DNA of 64,000 bases from an uncultured bacterium (GTDB lineage Bacteria; Babelota; Babeliae; Babelales; Vermiphilaceae), in NCBI GenBank assembly GCA_963727255.1, contig CAVSFC010000002.1, positions 608,001 through 672,000 on the forward strand, given 5' to 3'. Position 1 is the stretch's first letter, and the number at the start of each line of letters is the position of its first letter. Of the stretch, positions 1 to 10,906 are shown piece by piece. Below the pieces are notes generated by a model. The model saw nothing but the letters and a program-made list of their open reading frames with translations. It had not been told where the DNA came from and did not search any database. A program made the position numbers and the translations under genes.

Positions 1-726
1 TTGCTCCATTTGAGGGTGGTTATGATGTTAAAACAATGCTGCCAGAAGTAACGATGTCAGCATTGAAACAAGAATTTTCTGATGAATTTAGAAGATCAAA
101 AAATGTTTTCGGTAAAATTATTCAGCTTCCAGCTTCAAAAGGATGGATTAAGCAGTTAAGCTCCGAATTTGATGAAATTAAACGTCGTTATCAGCAAGTT
201 GAATCCAGCAATATTTTATTACCACCACCAGTGCCTGCCAGAGAAGAATCTGCATTTGCTCCCCAAAATCTCTCTCGTCCCACAAAAAGAAGCGGTACAA
301 GAGATTTTTCTTCAGAAAAAAAACGGTGCCAATGCCCCCACCTCCACCATCTGAAGGGAAAAAAGAGCAAGAAAAGAAATTGAAATTGTATAAAGCTCGA
401 GAAGAGGCACCGGCTACAGGAAGAATATTAAAAGAGAGACTAGAAGAACAAAAAAAGAATTTGAAAAAGTTTGAGAAATCAGAGCCGGTAGCTTCACAAA
501 AAAAGAGAAATGGCAAAAATGGGCAGATGAAAAGAAATTTGATGAGCTCGAGTCGGAATTTAGAAAAATAAATACTGAACTATTTAGGGCCAAAATATTC
601 AGAGACGTTTTGCGCAAAGAAGGAAAAGGCAAAGAGCTAGCAGAAATAGATGATTCGATAAAGCAGATTGAAACTGATATTGATTTTATTAAACACCGTT
701 TGCCAGCTGAAGAAAGTTTTGATTGA
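1..726 (+). CDS. Hypothetical Pro-rich/coiled-coil protein, 3' part (frameshifted, 5' end outside window)
   Basis: Overlapping ORFs 36..383 and 326..571 join into LLPPPVP...PMPPPPPS followed by Lys/Glu-rich coiled coil; stop near 724-726. Confidence 0.5.
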
Positions 727-747
727 TCCTTATTTATGGTTTTCCAA

Positions 748-1193
748 ATGCTTAAAGATTTTGAGATTATTCCACACACTGCCGATTTAAAGATTCGAGT
801 GTATGGCAAAACTCGTGAAGATCTTTTTACTAATGCGTTAATTGGTATGTTTCAATCAACGCGCCCGATGCGCCTGAATGCCGTTATGATGAGCATGATC
901 GATTAGTATGCCCACGTTTGACGATTACCCGAGATATTGGGGTGAATTATCCGGATATCGAGTCGCTCTTAGTTGATTTTCTTTCTGAGGCATTATATCT
1001 AAGCGATGTACATAATGAGGCATATTTAAATCTCGCTATTGATGTCTTATCAGATACTCGTATCATTGCGCATGTAGAAGGGGTCGCAATTACCGGTTTT
1101 GAGGAGTCGGAAATAAAAGCAGTTACCTATGATGATTTGAAGATTGTTCAAAAAGATGGCATATGGCAAACCGATATCGTTTTTGATATATAA
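748..1193 (+). CDS. Archease (one frameshift near 870)
   Basis: Manual translation MLKDFEIIPHTADLKIRVYG (HTAD motif); C-terminus EIKAVTY...DIVFDI; directly upstream of rtcB. Confidence 0.9.
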
Positions 1194-1202
1194 CAAAAAT
1201 AT

Positions 1203-1325
1203 GATTCGATCCAGCCTTCGCTAAAGCTCCGGCGGACAGGTACGATTGCGAGCGCAATCACCACGAGCGGTTCTACCAAAATCCGTTCGCCCTGAGTACG
1301 AACGAAGTAGAGTGTGTCGAAGGGT
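1203..1325. repeat. Composite GC-rich palindromic repeat (REP/RPE-like)
   Basis: ttcgat-[ccagccttcgctaaagctccggcggacagg]-...caccacgagcgg...ccgttcgccctgag...gtcgaaggg; modules shared with copies at 9152, 9981, 10762 and 54381. Confidence 0.8.
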
Positions 1326-1348
1326 GGTATAAAAAAGTAGGAATTTTT

Positions 1349-2839
1349 ATGTTGCAATCCCCCAAATGGCAGGATCTCATTAAACTCAACGAATATTTAT
1401 ATGAAATTCCGCAATCGTTCCGTGCTGATATGCGCGTGCGGGCGCGCTATCCTGTGCACTGACGCGGAGGCGATGCCCGAGGATATTGAAGAAGATCTTT
1501 CGCTTCTGCAATTAATAAATGTTGCATCGTTGCCCGGAATTCAAAAATATGCAATTGCTATGCCCGATATTCATCAAGGATATGGATTTCCTATTGGTGG
1601 TGTTGCGGCAACTGTCAATTGCTGAAGGCGGCGTGATTTCGCCCGGTGGCATTGGCTATGATATTAATTGCGGCGTGCGTATGCTGACTGTTGCAAATAT
1701 GACGTATAGATGAAATTAAACCGCAGTTCTAGAAGATTTAGCAACAGCACTTATTCCATGCGATTCCTTCAGGCGTTGGCCGTGGCGGAAAATTAATCTT
1801 TGCATACGCATGAACTTGATCGTGTATTGCTGCATGGCGCGCAGCAGTATGGTTGAACATGGGCTATGGCACTGAAGAATGATTTAGATCTTTGTGAAGA
1901 GAATGGCAATATGGCCGGTGCAGATCCAGACTCGATTACCAAAGAAGCAAAAAAACGCGGCACATGATCAGTTGGGCACTCTTGGATCAGGAAATCATTT
2001 TCTTAGAAGTGCAAGCGAGTTGTAGAAATTTATGATGAAAAAACGGCACAAGCATTCGGATTAAAAAAAGATGCAGTGACGGTTATGATTCACTGCGGTT
2101 CGCGCGGGCTCGGGCATCAAACATGCACTGATTATGTGCGTATCATGATAGAAAAATTGCCTTCTTGGGGATATCAATTTGCCTGATCGCGAATTAGTAT
2201 GCGCACCATTTAGCTCGCGAGAAGGTGCAGCAGTATTTCGCGGCCATGACTGCTGCTGCAAATTTTGCATGGGCAAATCGCCATTTAATTGGCCATTGGG
2301 TGCGGCAAGCCTGGCATACTATTTTGGGCCCTGACGCTCACTTAAATACGATGTATGATGTTTCTCATAATATTGGCAAGCGTGAAAAACATATGATTAA
2401 TGGAGTCCCAAAAGAAGTTATTTAATGCATCGTAAAGGAGCCGCCCGTTCATTTGGGCCTTCGCGCGCCGGAAGTTCCATTGGCATATAAAGAGAGGTGG
2501 GCCAGCCAGTGCTTATTCCTGGAACCATGGGCACTTCATCATATGTGTTAGTCGGGAACCGATTCATCACTCGAGCAGGCATTTGGCTCATAGTGCCATG
2601 GAGCAGGAAGAACCATGTCTCGCTCGAAAGCAGAAAAAATTGATTCGTGGAAAGCACGTTGCGCCACGAACTTGGAAGCACGAGGGATTGTGGTGCGGTG
2701 TGATTCCAATGCGGGCCTCGCTGAAGAAGCGCCTGTTGCCTATAAAGATGTTGATGTGGTAGTAAATGTTATTGCACCAGCAGGGCTTGCGCGTAAAGTT
2801 GCCAAAGTTGTGCCACTTGCAGTAATTAAAGGTGGATAA
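1349..2839 (+). CDS. rtcB: RNA ligase RtcB, archaeal/eukaryotic-like type (multiple frameshifts)
   Basis: Motifs across frames: [81 protein letters not shown]. Confidence 0.95.
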
Positions 2840-3538
2840 GATTTATCCATTAAAATGTATTTCGAGATTGTGCTTAACCTTCGCTTTCCTTGCAAGATCT
2901 CTCTGTTTTTCCTTTGTGCATTCAGAATTTTCGGATCATCTTTGCGTAATTTATTACGAGTCTTGATCTCTTGCCAAGTTATAGTGCCATTTTCATCTTG
3001 CATAACTAAATCGATCTCTGTTAATTTGCGCCCATCGGCATCGTCTATTATTCTTTCATAAAAAGCGATAATTGTTTTTTGTTGTTTCTTTTTTTCAACG
3101 GCCGCTTGTAATTCTCCTAAGGCGCGGAGAAGTTGGCAGTATTTCTTGAGATTGCGCCATCAAGAATCCTTGAGATTACGATCAAAAATCCCGGAATTGC
3201 ATGGAATTCTTCAATTGCATGATTGATAATTTTTTCATTTTTCTCTATATCCCTTGAAATGGATTTTTTATTGAAACGGCTCCTACAATTCTTTGTAAGA
3301 CATCTGGTTTTAACGGTTTATTTAAGAGAGGAATAGAATCTTTGAATGCCTGAACTAATTTTTGTTGTCTTTCTCTTTGATTACCATGATGTTTAAGAAT
3401 TCGCTCTGATAATGCTGATAGCTCCCTTGGGTTATGATAACATGCCTGAGCTGGCATCGATACCAAAAACGTGATAAAAAAAATGATTGAACATTGAAGT
3501 TTTTCAACAAGTTTGCATCTGTTCTCCCCGCCTTCCAA
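2830..3538 (-). CDS. Hypothetical, probably exported protein (frameshifted; boundaries approximate)
   Basis: ORF 3245..3538 has a hydrophobic signal-like stretch (IIFFITFLVSMPAQA); coding appears to continue into ORF 2740..3003. Confidence 0.4.
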
Positions 3539-3659
3539 ATATAGTTTAGTATATTTGGAATAATAGTATTAACAGAGCGCGCAAGAGTATGCAATAATTT
3601 GTTCTAGGGATTTTTTTTGTATCGATTGCTCAAATATCAGAATCGAATCGCTAACAGTT

Positions 3660-4167
3660 TTAGTTCTGGCTTGTTTTCTTGAGTAGCCAAATTCCAATAT
3701 GGTTACCAATAGTAAGGCAAATATAATCCCATAATACAAGTAGCGGAATCATTGACAAACTCAAAATATAAGCGCTGATGGCGACATCTCTCACATCTAA
3801 CTCTAAGAGCTGATCACGGTCGGAAGTGCTTACATTCTGTGCTAAGAATTCAGAAAGAATTGCCGGCTTACTGTAGAGCTTGGTAAAGAGAAACACCGCA
3901 ATAGTTAAGACTATGAGAGAGATCGAGTTATAAAGGATAATTTTCCATTTAATCGAAGAGGGGAAATTATCTCTATAAATCAGAAAGCTGTATAAAATGG
4001 CAAAAGGAATTGGGCTAATTCCAGGTTAGGATACCGATCGGAAAAGTGAAGAAGCTAATGGGCTTTAAGAAAGCAAAGATAATACTGGATACAAAGCCAT
4101 ATCCAAGAGAGAGCGTAAAAAATCCTATAGCAGTTTTTGTGAAATTCAAAGTCATGAGCTATTTCAT
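3660..4167 (-). CDS. Hypothetical membrane protein (frameshifted)
   Basis: ORF 3660..3896 plus upstream hydrophobic coding sequence with ATG near 4156-4167. Confidence 0.4.
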
Positions 4168-4223
4168 GAATTGTCCTTGAATTCTTCGATAATTATTCTT
4201 TAATTAAAAGTTGCTGGTCGTTT

Positions 4224-4743
4224 TTAAAATGGCCATAATTTGGATATTTTATGTTTAGCCTTTTCCAAGTGATTCACTGGATAGCATATTCGAACTATTT
4301 TAGAGTCAGTTGTACCGCAATATGAAGAAATAATGATATCTTGCGTCTCTTTATCAAGATTGCCATCGAGGGTTATTCCTTGCGATTCAAGGAAAGCCAG
4401 TGTCTCAGATTCAAGTGGTTTCAAATAGTGCTTCTCAGCATTTTGGAATAATGTATCGAGTTTGCAATTATCATTTCCTAGTTCGCGGCATTTTTTAGCC
4501 GTTCGCCAGAGCCAGAAATATTGCATATGCCATTTCTCTTGATAAAGATCATTCAATGATTGCCATACTTTTTCTACACGTTCTGAATTCGCTAAGGCGC
4601 CATTGCGCAAGATTACCGTTTCATTTTTTGTGTTTGCGAAAACCATGGGTTGAATTGCTATAAATATAAAAAAGAATGCGAAGAGGAGGACAAAATTCCT
4701 AGAGAAATGGGGATAATGCTATAAATAAGAATTTGTTTTTCAT
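4224..4743 (-). CDS. Hypothetical exported protein (N-terminal frameshift)
   Basis: ORF 4224..4646 is preceded in frame by FVLLFAFFFIFIAIQP; likely ATG at 4743. Confidence 0.55.
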
Positions 4744-4848
4744 AAGAACATCCATTTTATGATGATTTAAGAGTACTTTTATAGCCTAAATGGCATACGT
4801 TTCTTTGTCAAACGTTGAACATTTCATATAGAAATATTCATGAGGTTT

Positions 4849-5076
4849 TATTCTCCGACGCCAGAAAACCACAAGGCTTTTTAAGCCTGGGGATGAATGG
4901 CGGGAGAATTTCCGCCGAAGTTTGCCTCTACTTCGCCCTTCGGGCTTCGAAGAGCAAGCGAGCCGGCCTGTCCTTCGTAGCTTTAGCGTAGGAGGAAAGG
5001 CCCGGATAAACGTAGGCTGGATAAGGCTTTGGCGAATTCCGCGCGATACCCGGCTTTTAAGCCGGTGAGCGCTACA
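4849..5076. mobile_element. Non-autonomous IS200/IS605-like (PATE/MITE-type) element with nested palindromic modules
   Basis: Left hairpin attctccgacgcca...aggctttttaagcct...tggcgggagaat; right hairpin ccggcttttaagccgg followed by tgagcgctaca; no transposase ORF; degenerate copy of the left end at about 32115. Confidence 0.5.
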
Positions 5077-5103
5077 TTTAAAGAGGCCGGCAAAAATTAG
5101 TAT

Positions 5104-5315
5104 GAATAATTTCTGCCTGTAATATTCAACCTGCGTTGCATCTGCTTGAGCTATTTTTGATTGATTTTATTGCCAATTAGGCTAGATTGGGAATATTTTA
5201 TTAACTAATATAATATACCTTTAAGGAGGTTTATATGAAAAAGACGTTATTGTTATCACTCTCAATGCTTACATTGGTAGTTAATCCTGCCCAAGCAATG
5301 GAAAAGCCTGAGAAA
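5104..5315 (+). repeat. Direct repeat A, copy 1 (upstream region + RBS + signal-peptide coding sequence)
   Basis: Highly similar to 5857..6075 (gaataatttctgcctgtaa...aaggaggt(t)tatatgaaaaagacgttattgttatcactctcaat...gcaatgga...cctgagaaa). Confidence 0.9.
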
Positions 5316-5687
5316 CTCACTCTCTTGCAGTCAATGAAAGAAGGTTATACATATTCCTTGAAAGGAACATTGATAGCAGCAGCTATTCCATCATCTGTAA
5401 TATTAGGTGCTATCTTTTCTTCTTTCTATCCTAAAACATCATTAGGCATCGCTAGTGCAACTCAATTAGGATTGGCTGCCGGTTCTTTCTACGCTACTAA
5501 ACAACTAATTTCTCGCAATGCAGAAATCGCAGATACCCTAAAAGATGCCTTTTATAGAGAAGATAGTGCAGAGCGCTTAAGATTTACACCTTCTGTTACT
5601 TTTGGATTAGGACTAGTCTCTTATGCGTTAGGCCACCGTGGCTTCCATAATGCTAAATCGCTGTTCCATAAAGTTAAAAATAAGTAA
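5235..5687 (+). CDS. Exported hypothetical protein with hydrophobic segments
   Basis: RBS aaggagg; signal peptide ending AQA|MEK; about 3 hydrophobic helices. Confidence 0.8.
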   Translation: MKKTLLLSLSMLTLVVNPAQAMEKPEKLTLLQSMKEGYTYSLKGTLIAAAIPSSVILGAIFSSFYPKTSLGIASATQLGLAAGSFYATKQLISRNAEIADTLKDAFYREDSAERLRFTPSVTFGLGLVSYALGHRGFHNAKSLFHKVKNK

Positions 5688-5704
5688 GTTTTTTTGGAAA
5701 TAAA

Positions 5705-5737
5705 AAGAAGCGGCTTGTAATATTGGAGCCGCTTCTT
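5705..5737 (+). terminator. Intrinsic terminator hairpin
   Basis: aagaagcggct-loop-agccgcttctt after stop codon. Confidence 0.7.
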
Positions 5738-5836
5738 ATTTGCTAATCTGTCACTTATAAACTCAAAACAATTTTTAAACGATGTATATCATCTACCCAT
5801 AAACTTGCAATATATGTCTGCCTGCTTCTAGAAAAA
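5736..5836 (+). pseudogene. Decayed duplicate of the upstream region and 5' end of the Nudix gene (repeat B, copy 1)
   Basis: ttatttgctaatctgtcacttataa...tctacccataaacttgcaatatatgtctgcctgcttctagaaaaa aligns with 6951..7052; start ATG lost. Confidence 0.8.
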
Positions 5837-5856
5837 TTCGCCCCAAAAGCCACCCC

Positions 5857-6075
5857 GAATAATTTCTGCCTGTAACATTCAGCCTGCGTTGCACCTGTTT
5901 GAGCTATTTTTGATTGATTTTATTGCCAATTAGATTACATTGATTATTAGTAATATTTTATTAATCCTTATTTTTCAAACCTTAAGGAGGTTATATGAAA
6001 AAGACGTTATTGTTATCACTCTCAATCGTTGCATTTGCCATCAATCCCATCCAAGCAATGGATAATCCTGAGAAA
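5857..6075 (+). repeat. Direct repeat A, copy 2
   Basis: See 5104..5315. Confidence 0.9.
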
Positions 6076-6444
6076 TCTAAAGCTTTGGAATCAATGAAAA
6101 ATAGCGCAATTAATACTGGTACTGAGGCTTCAGATACCGCTTTTAAATTTATCTATCGGCACCCATTTATAACCGCAATAGGAATATCACCATTTATTCC
6201 GACAAAAATAGCCCCATTCCGTCAAGTTGCCATGAAATATCACTCTGTTCTTAATCCCTGGCTTCCGGTTGCAGCAGGATTATTAATTAGAGCTAATTTA
6301 TTTTCAGTATTCTCTCATCACTATCTGAAAGAAAGAGGCATTAAACACGAAAAAAATTTCAGCGATTGGCTCGCAACCGAATGTTCATCTTCATGTAATA
6401 ACATTCGAAAAGAGAGCAAAAAGCTTACTGATAAACAATACTAA
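5995..6444 (+). CDS. Exported hypothetical protein
   Basis: RBS aaggagg; first 10 aa identical to the 5235 protein; IQA|MDN. Confidence 0.8.
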   Translation: MKKTLLLSLSIVAFAINPIQAMDNPEKSKALESMKNSAINTGTEASDTAFKFIYRHPFITAIGISPFIPTKIAPFRQVAMKYHSVLNPWLPVAAGLLIRANLFSVFSHHYLKERGIKHEKNFSDWLATECSSSCNNIRKESKKLTDKQY

Positions 6445-6451
6445 AATAGTA

Positions 6452-6489
6452 AAAGACTATGAGTCTGTGAAAATGGGCTCATAGTCTTT
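6452..6489 (+). terminator. Intrinsic terminator hairpin
   Basis: aaagactatgagtct...gggctcatagtcttt. Confidence 0.7.
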
Positions 6490-6517
6490 CTCACTCAAAC
6501 ACCTTTAAGGAGGTTAT

Positions 6518-6886
6518 ATGAAAAAACTAGTTTTGGTTTCTCTCATTACTTTGCTCGCATCAAATCCTGTGGCTGCATTTAACTGGCAAACAGCAAAAAA
6601 ATATATTAAGCCTACATTGAAAGCAACGGCTGCAATTGGCTGCTTTGCTGCTGCTTATGGTATGGGTCGTTTAACAAAAGGATCTGTATCAGCATTTAAC
6701 GATGCTTCGCAAGAACTTAATACGAGTAATAATCTAGCAATAGTGTTTTTGTCTGAATTGCAAGGCGCTGCGAGTATATTAGTTGGAGTTCCTGCAGCAA
6801 TTGCTACCCTTTCCACCTCAATCTTAGGTAGTTGGCTTGTTAAATCTGCTTATGACGACGCCAAGAAAGCGTATAGCGGCCAATAA
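6518..6886 (+). CDS. Exported small membrane-hairpin protein
   Basis: RBS aaggagg; signal peptide; two hydrophobic segments; resembles 15663..16109. Confidence 0.8.
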   Translation: MKKLVLVSLITLLASNPVAAFNWQTAKKYIKPTLKATAAIGCFAAAYGMGRLTKGSVSAFNDASQELNTSNNLAIVFLSELQGAASILVGVPAAIATLSTSILGSWLVKSAYDDAKKAYSGQ

Positions 6887-6897
6887 TTTTTTATAAT

Positions 6898-6930
6898 AAA
6901 GTGAGCTTCATTTTTAGTGAGGCTCACTTT
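6898..6930 (+). terminator. Intrinsic terminator hairpin
   Basis: aaagtgagcttca...tgaggctcacttt followed by T-run. Confidence 0.7.
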
Positions 6931-7004
6931 GTTTTTTAGCTATTTTCTTTTTATTTGCTAATCTGTTACTTATAATTCAAAACAATCTATAAACGATACC
7001 TATC

Positions 7005-7424
7005 ATGTCTACTCATAAACTCGCCGTATATGTCTGTCTGCTTCTCGAAAAAGATAAGCAAGTGCTTCTCTTAAAACGTGCCAATACCGGCTGGATGGAT
7101 GGCTTTTGGCATATTCCCGGCGGCAGCCTTGAAGAAAATGAATCGTTGGCTCATGCCGTCGTTCGTGAAGCAAAAGAAGAGTTGGCAATCGCGGTTGATC
7201 CTGCGCATGTTCAATTAATTTATGTTAAGCATTTTAACAAGAGAACGTTAGGATTCTATTTCCTTGCCCGTGAATGGCAGGGGGAACCCATTAATAATGA
7301 ACCGGATCAAGCAAGTGAAGTTCGCTGGTTTAATATCCATGAACTGCCCATCGATATTAGTCCGTATGCGCGCAAAGTAGTTGAAGCGACCAAAACAACG
7401 GTCAATTATTCATATTTCGAGTAA
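7005..7424 (+). CDS. Nudix hydrolase (MutT-like)
   Basis: Nudix box GGSLEENESLAHAVVREAKEELAI; EPDQ motif. Confidence 0.92.
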   Translation: MSTHKLAVYVCLLLEKDKQVLLLKRANTGWMDGFWHIPGGSLEENESLAHAVVREAKEELAIAVDPAHVQLIYVKHFNKRTLGFYFLAREWQGEPINNEPDQASEVRWFNIHELPIDISPYARKVVEATKTTVNYSYFE

Positions 7425-7643
7425 GTTTTTTTTGATCATAGTCTTGCTTTCATAGATATTTTTCAATATATTTTCTAGCAATTTCTTTTGCCAAAATGAG
7501 CTCTGTTTTTGAACCGATGCGAAGCTATTTTTCTATGCCTTGCCTCTATGCGGCTTTTGCGATAATTATTTTTGTATATCTGTTTAACAAGAGCAAACAA
7601 AAGGGACTTGCGCGATTATCTGATTAGAGTATAGTCACACGTG

Positions 7644-8768
7644 ATGAAGATAAAAATACTATATCTTTTATTAAGTGTGACCACCATCTGTGCGATGGAG
7701 CAAGATCAGGAACAATCTGAATCGGTAACGGTTTATGAACAGACCGTTACCGATTTAACGAATCCCGCCCATATATTCATTTTTGAAGAAGCTTTTAGCG
7801 AACTGAAATTGTCCAAAAAAAAGAGCAAACTTTTGCTCGAAGAATATACGCTCCAATCAATATCACCAGATATACATTGGATGATATTTGAATTTCTTTC
7901 TGAAGATGAAACATTTGTAAAAGCAGTTGCAAACATGAAGGCGCTCGCACGGACATGCAACCATTTTTGGCACGTATATTCTGATGAAAACTTGAACGCC
8001 AAAGTAATTGTTAAATGGGAAAAGAGGACTCGTACACCCAAGACAGTTCTTGATGAGGCTTCTTTATATTGGCGTTTCTTTATGATGGCAAATAAACTGC
8101 AAAATCCGGGGGCGTTGCATTGGTTTAGTCAAAAAAATAATGAGAAGATCGCAACCAAGATAAATGATATGACATGCGTTCAGCATGCTCTTTTGAAGGA
8201 CGCACTTATTAAACTTGGTGGAGGCTTAACACTTACCGAATATAAATTATTTGATAAACGTCCTATTAAAGTTTTAGAACATCGTGAAGTTGGAATGACT
8301 GCGCTTCAATCATGTAAAATGCTATCGTTAAAAACATTTTCTCTACGTAGTTTGGGCGGAATTGAAAAAGTTCCAGATTTAACTTCTGTAGAAAACCTCA
8401 ATTTGAGCGGTAATTATTTAACTCAGATAGATAAAGCTGTGATTAAACGCCTTACGAATCTTACCAGAATTGATTTTGCACATAATAATCTTCAGTCGGT
8501 TAATTTGGAAATTTTTGCAGGATTACCTCGTTTAAAATCATTAGATTTTTACTGTAATAGGATAGAAGAGGTTACTTGTGATGCGCAATTACAAGCTGGA
8601 CTACAATCAATTAATTTTACTTTCAATAAAATAAAATATCTTGATCCAAAAATCTTTACTAAATTGCAAGCACGATGCATTGATCTCAGTAACAATCCAT
8701 TGGAAAATCGCGAAGAAATTCGAGCTTTATCAAAGCCGGTAACCAATCGAATTAAGCTCGATGGTTAA
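7644..8768 (+). CDS. Exported leucine-rich-repeat protein with F-box-like segment
   Basis: Signal ICA|MEQ; LQSISPDIHWMIFEFL...ALARTCNHFWHV; LRRs LNLSGNYL, IDFAHNNL, LDFYCNRI, INFTFNKI, IDLSNNPL. Confidence 0.85.
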   Translation: MKIKILYLLLSVTTICAMEQDQEQSESVTVYEQTVTDLTNPAHIFIFEEAFSELKLSKKKSKLLLEEYTLQSISPDIHWMIFEFLSEDETFVKAVANMKALARTCNHFWHVYSDENLNAKVIVKWEKRTRTPKTVLDEASLYWRFFMMANKLQNPGALHWFSQKNNEKIATKINDMTCVQHALLKDALIKLGGGLTLTEYKLFDKRPIKVLEHREVGMTALQSCKMLSLKTFSLRSLGGIEKVPDLTSVENLNLSGNYLTQIDKAVIKRLTNLTRIDFAHNNLQSVNLEIFAGLPRLKSLDFYCNRIEEVTCDAQLQAGLQSINFTFNKIKYLDPKIFTKLQARCIDLSNNPLENREEIRALSKPVTNRIKLDG

Positions 8769-8769
8769 T

Positions 8770-9129
8770 TTAAAACTGTGTATATTTTAAGCGATTGCCT
8801 TTTGCTTTTTCTATCGGGTACTTTTGAGAATTATGAATCATTTTCTTTTCAACTGCGGTAGCAAGATCAATATTGGTGCGAATGCAAAAGTTGATAAGTC
8901 CCACCATCACATCCGCTACTTCATGCTCAACTGCTTCCCTATGCTTTTCAACTTCAGAAAACGATTCTTTGCTATCGACCCATAAAAAGAGTTCTAATAA
9001 TTCTGCAGCTTCATTTGCAATCTGCATGCTCACATTTTTTGGAGAATGGTACTGATGCCATTCCCGATCTTCTACAAACTTTTTAACAATGGCCTTTAGA
9101 TCATTAATCGTGGTGATGTTATCTTTCAT
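8770..9129 (-). CDS. MazG-like nucleotide pyrophosphohydrolase (DCTPP1-like)
   Basis: REWHQYHSPKN, EAAELLELF, HEVADV, KYPIEKAKG. Confidence 0.9.
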   Translation of the reverse strand: MKDNITTINDLKAIVKKFVEDREWHQYHSPKNVSMQIANEAAELLELFLWVDSKESFSEVEKHREAVEHEVADVMVGLINFCIRTNIDLATAVEKKMIHNSQKYPIEKAKGNRLKYTQF

Positions 9130-9151
9130 AGTTGGCTCCTGTATTTATTAT

Positions 9152-9237
9152 GGTTCGAGACGCTCCTTTACAGTCGCTCCTCACCACGAGCGGGACTCCG
9201 CTCATCCTGAGGAGTCCCGAAGGGACGTCTCGAAGGA
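9152..9237. repeat. Palindromic repeat (REP/RPE-like)
   Basis: ggttcgagacg...ctcaccacgagcgg-ccgctcatcctgagg...cgtctcgaagga, immediately after the holB stop. Confidence 0.85.
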
Positions 9238-9970
9238 CTATAACTCTTTAATCTGTAAAAATAAATTTTTCCAAAACAATTTTCCACTGCCGGGCATGGG
9301 CGGTTGCATGATCGCTTTTTTTAAATGACTAATCATGCGTTCGGCTTGATTGCGCTTGGCTAGATCTCGGGTAATAAAACTTTTTTTATACTGGTCACTC
9401 CAATGCCGTATCAATTGATCAATGAGCGCAAGACTTTCCCATTCAGAAGGATTGGATGATTCCAATTCTTTACTGAATGCAATCGGATCATGAAAGCTCG
9501 TTGTGGTAAAAAAAGGCATGAGCGGTGCAAGCGGAATGGCTTCTGCTGAATGCAAATGCTCTATTAAGCAACGCGATTTAATGGTTGGCAGAACCAATTC
9601 TGTACGCTGCGCGAGCAATATAAAGTGATAGCCAGCTGGCGGTTCTTCTAATGATTTTAGCAGGGCATTGGCGCATGTGGTGGTTAATAGATCAGCTTTT
9701 TGTAGCACAAAGAAAAAATGTTGATCCTGATCGAGCGCAAAAGAAATAGTAGAAAATATAACCTTTAAATCATCAATCGCATACTGTTTTTCTGGGCAGA
9801 GCCAGAGAACTGATTCATGCTGTTGCTCGCGAATTTTGCGGCATGATGATGCAAACGCGACATCCATTATGACTGGCAAAAAAATTTCTGGAGCTAAATG
9901 ATTGTCTGTTCGAGTAGCGCATCTTCATTGCCAATATATAGATATGCAGGGTGATCTATTAAAATGTCTA

Positions 9971-9974
<4 letters not shown>
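9238..9974 (-). CDS. holB: DNA polymerase III delta' subunit (N-terminal frameshifts)
   Basis: ANALLKSLEEPP and VLPTIKSRC; tmk-holB synteny; ATG at 9974 overlaps the tmk stop (ATGA). Confidence 0.85.
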
Positions 9975-10646
<672 letters not shown>

Positions 10647-10761
10647 GAGCGCAGCCTATTGGTAGATTTATTGTGATTAACTAAGCTTATTTAATAGAAT
10701 AAGGATAGCAAAATATTCTAGACCTGTCGCTCGACTTCTGGTGTTCAGAAAGAAAACTCAT

Positions 10762-10876
10762 ATCCGTTCGTTTCGATCCTTCGACAGGCTCAGGATGATC
10801 GGGAAGGTGAGGCGAGATTCGGGCTCATTCGCCTGCCCGCCGAAGCCTTGGCGAAGGCTGGGAAGCGAACGGGGGG
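10762..10876. repeat. Composite palindromic repeat
   Basis: ccgttcgtttcg-[tccttcgacaggctcaggatga]...[gcctgcccgccgaagccttggcgaaggctgg]-gaagcgaacgg. Confidence 0.85.
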
Positions 10877-10906
10877 CGCTGCGATCAAAATAAGGATTTA
10901 AAAAAA

